DNA from: Macrostomum lignano
Lineage: Eukaryota
Direction: 5' to 3'
DNA: 64,000 bases
NCBI GenBank assembly: GCA_002269645.1
Contig: NIVC01002299.1
Span: forward strand, 121,706-185,705
Numbering within the stretch: the first letter of the stretch is position 1; each line of letters starts with the position of its first letter. The translations under genes were made by a program, and so were the position numbers. This document shows positions 60,775 through 64,000 of this stretch, piece after piece. Below the pieces are notes generated by a model. The model made no database searches. It was not told where the DNA came from and was given only the letters and a program-made list of their open reading frames with translations.

Positions 60775-61085
60775 GATACCAACCTCACTCCAGGACACCC
60801 ACCTCATTCCCAGACACCTACCTCACTCCAGGACACCTACCTCCCTCCAGGACACCCACCTCACTCTAGGATACCCACTCCACTTCAGGACACCCACCTC
60901 ACTCCAGGACACCCACCCCACTCCAGGACAGCCACCTCACTCTAGGATACCCACCCCTCTCCAGGACACCCACCTCACTCCAGGACACCAACCTCACTCC
61001 AGGACACCCAACTCATTCCAGGACACCCACCTCACTCCAGGACACCCAACTCATTCCAGGACACCCACCTCACTCCAGGACAACC
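60775..61085. repeat. 19-bp C-rich minisatellite CACTCCAGGACACCCACCT
   Basis: Direct reading. Confidence 0.92.
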
Positions 61086-61477
61086 ATTCGTACTTTGCAA
61101 AAATATTCAGAACAGTCTTAGTTCTGAAGCTCCGCGAAATCCTCTACCTCACAAAAAAGATGGCTATATAGACAAAATATAGAAGCATAGAGCGTACCAA
61201 AAACTCGAAACAGGGCGAGTGCTATCAAACGAATATGTTTACGATTTTTCCAAGAAATTGCTCAAATATCTATTGAGCAAATTGCTCAACCATATCAATT
61301 TGAATGTTGGAAATTTTTACTGACTGCTAACTTTTGTTTCCAGGTTTCTACTCATATTGGAGCAACAGAAGCAATTCTGAGGCAAATCCATATTGCTATT
61401 GCTATAGGGAGCACACAGATAAACATGAGAGTAACTTTAAATTCATTGTCGTCTCAGACCACGCAAAATGCTCAATC

Positions 61478-62627
61478 TCAATATTGTCCCTTCTTCGCCT
61501 CCTTCTCGTCTCTGTTGAGCTCCTCCAGCGTCACTGCCTCGTACTCTACGTCGCCGGGCCCCAGCACGAGCTTCTGCAGCAGCACAATGGCTATGAGGGC
61601 CAGCAGTTTGAGGAAGATGAGGAAGGCCTGGATGAGGAAGAAGCCGCGGTACTCGTAGGCTTCGGCAATTAGCGCAGTGGCGAACGGTGAGAGCGCCATG
61701 CCGACCCCCATGCCGGCCAGGCTGAAGGGGTAGGCCAGGTGTCCGGGCAGCGTGGTCAGCTCCTCGCCGGCCGGGAACAGGAAGGTGATGCTCGGTCCGA
61801 GGCCGAAGCCGCATAGGAAGGCCAAAAATTTGCTCAGAGCGTCGTTGGAGGCGCAGAATTCCCACAGGGCCAGCATTGCCGCCAGCAGGGCGGTGCAGAC
61901 GAGCAGGATGTACTTTAGCCGGTTGAGCAGCAGGTCCTTGGTGAATGCGGTGATCGTGGCAGCGATGGCGTATGTGCTGGCTTCGCCGAAGGCGAACAGC
62001 TGAGTCAGGTGCGTGGACTGGGTGAGGATGTGCTCCCGGCGCTTGACGTAATCGGCCAGGTTCAGCAGCAGTCCATAGGTGACGATGCTGGTCATGATGC
62101 GGTCAAAAACCACAAACAAAGGTAGGGCACCTTGCGCCGGTCGATCTCCCGGATGGCGCCCAGGCAGCTATTGTTACTGCTCAGGTAGTCTTGCTTCTGG
62201 GGATTCTTGCCGAAGACTATTACACCGCTCAAATTGACTACCAGGTAGATTCCGCCCAGAATAAGGAAGGCCTTTCGCCAGGTGTAGGTCTCAATCAGGC
62301 TGGCGTACATCTGCACGAACACGATTGACGCGATGGAGCCGCCGGACACCAGCGTGGTGGCCAGGATGTGGTGCCTGTGTTGCTTGTCGAAGTACTCGTT
62401 GACGATGAGGCCGACAACGCTGAGCACGCAGGAGCTGCCGATGCCGTGGAACAGGGTGTGCGTGAGGAACAGCCAATGCGGATTGGGCACGTAGGAGGAG
62501 GTGACGCAGGCCAGCAAGATGAACAGGGAGCCAAGCAGCTGGAAGAGGCGGAATCGCCGGCCAGACACCAGGATTGCGGTGCTGGTGGCGGCTGTGGTCA
62601 TGTAGCCCATGGCTGCGTAGCTGTCCC
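61478..62627 (-). CDS. MFS transporter, SLC16/monocarboxylate-transporter-like; last large exon, with an apparent 1-nt frameshift at 62105-62109
   Basis: Hydrophobic TM segments and MCT-like motifs (LFLTHTLFHGIGSS, VNEYFDK, ETYTWRKAFLILGG, AEAYEYRGFF); acceptor CCGCAG| at 62628; ORFs 62092-62685 and 61478-62119 overlap out of frame; upstream exon(s) not located. Confidence 0.8.
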
Positions 62628-62744
62628 CTGCGGCAACGGAAGGATAGGCAAATGTTAAGAACATTTTCAACAAATCTGAACTCAAATGCAGAAACTAAAG
62701 CTGTCTCTGGTCAACCCTGCTTTTCTAAACGAAAATTCTTAGTA

Positions 62745-63470
62745 AAGACTGTTCAGAATGCGGAGCACTTCATCTGTGCATGTCCGCCTTTACTCAGGAC
62801 AGGCTCACCTACTCTTACCTCGGCCCACACCCGGACCTTTCCGACGTTTTCAGGCCCAAGAATTTCTGCCACCTCGTCCGATATTAAGGGCTACCGGGCG
62901 AGCAACAATCCACTATCTGGACTCTCCGGAGAAGGAACCACGCCTGCGAACACCGGCACTACCGGATCTCCCTGCGCGACACCGCAGCAACAGCTGCCGG
63001 TCGTCGCTAGCTAGGTTCCCCCACCCTCCGCAGGGCCCTGCTTGGACTCAACCGCAGGGATATCAGGGCGGTAACCTGTCTTTCAGGCATCGTCACCTCC
63101 AGAGAAAAATCCACAATGAGGAATGCCCATTCTGCTTCTCCGATGTTGAGAATTCGGAGCACTTTATCTGCGAATGCAACGCCTTTACTCAGGGCAGGCT
63201 CACCTACCTCGGCTGAAACCAGGACCTTTCCGACGTTTTCTAGCCAGAGAATCTCTGCCAGCTCGTCCGCTACGCTCGTACCTACGGGCTACCGGGCGAG
63301 CGACAATCCACCTCCTGGACTCTCCGGAGGGGGACCGCGCTGCGGACACCGGCACCACCGGATCTCCAGGCGCGACACCGCAGCACCAGCTACCCGTGAT
63401 TGCCAGGGGTTAGCGAAATGGGCGTCAACGCCTCCCCACTGTATCCGGATGCCCAGAGCCCCCTGCAGCT
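62745..63470 (+). mobile_element. Two diverged tandem copies of a LINE 3' end (ORF2 C-terminal CCHC knuckle plus 3' UTR)
   Basis: 62750-63010 and 63145-63410 align; CPFCFSDVENSEHFICEC motif. Confidence 0.75.
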
Positions 63471-64000
63471 GAGTCATTCGGTCACAAACTCAAGCAAATC
63501 AGCACATTTCTAGACGCTCAATGCCTACAAAGAACAGGCGGTCTCAAGCATCTTAAAACTGAATTCCTAAGAAAAAATGCTCCGAACTCTTGTACCCCCC
63601 CCTCCCCAGCCATTCATGCACCCAGTCTCTGGGCCCCCTTTTCCCGGGTTCTGCTCCGGACCAATTAATTATTCAAATAGTTTTGAGCGAATTCCTGCCT
63701 TCAATTATCGGCTAAGAGGAGAGAGAGAGGCAGCGGCTGTGGAGTTCACATTGATCCCAGCTATCCTAAAATATATCGGGCAGCGGGCCGACGGTGTCCT
63801 TGAAATCCGGTCTATTCTGGTTTTTCCGCAGAAAATCAAAGCAGTTGCTGAAGCTATGTGCTCATACAGATGGCTGTAAAACTCTGAATATCTGTTTCGA
63901 TTCATTCTAGGAGAAACCAGCAGCTTCGCTTCTACTGACCTGGGCCCATTAAAATGCCTTTAAAAAATGAACCTTTGCTCATAGCGCCCCGAGTTAAGCA

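Overview
Eukaryotic (metazoan invertebrate) genomic DNA. GC-rich exons sit in AT-rich sequence crowded with minisatellites and transposon relics. This style resembles the flatworm Macrostomum, but that assignment is an inference only. Four protein-coding genes are supported: (1) a 6-exon AMPK/SNF1 catalytic alpha subunit (minus, 14614-24581, 571 aa) with a different minisatellite in every intron; (2) a Klumpfuss-like C2H2 zinc-finger gene (minus, exons 37829-38301 and 28194-28386, 9.4-kb intron); (3) a single-exon alpha-arrestin (plus, 55496-56824) with PTAP, PSAP and PPxY motifs; (4) an SLC16-like MFS transporter (minus, 61478-62627, 5' exon(s) not found) with a 1-nt frameshift in a T5 run. 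The remainder holds about 25 tandem arrays and many mobile elements. These include a 4-kb internally deleted Ty3/Gypsy element inside a 39-bp minisatellite, Tc1/mariner-, hAT-, CMC/EnSpm-, MULE/Merlin- and P-like non-autonomous TIR elements, a decayed THAP/P transposase, and LINE 3' fragments. No CRISPR array, rRNA or tRNA gene was found. I found no unambiguous new biological system. The best leads are a hAT MITE family carrying an expandable GA tract, minisatellites apparently born from TE ends or next to splice donors, and the AMPK / alpha-arrestin / monocarboxylate-transporter neighbourhood.
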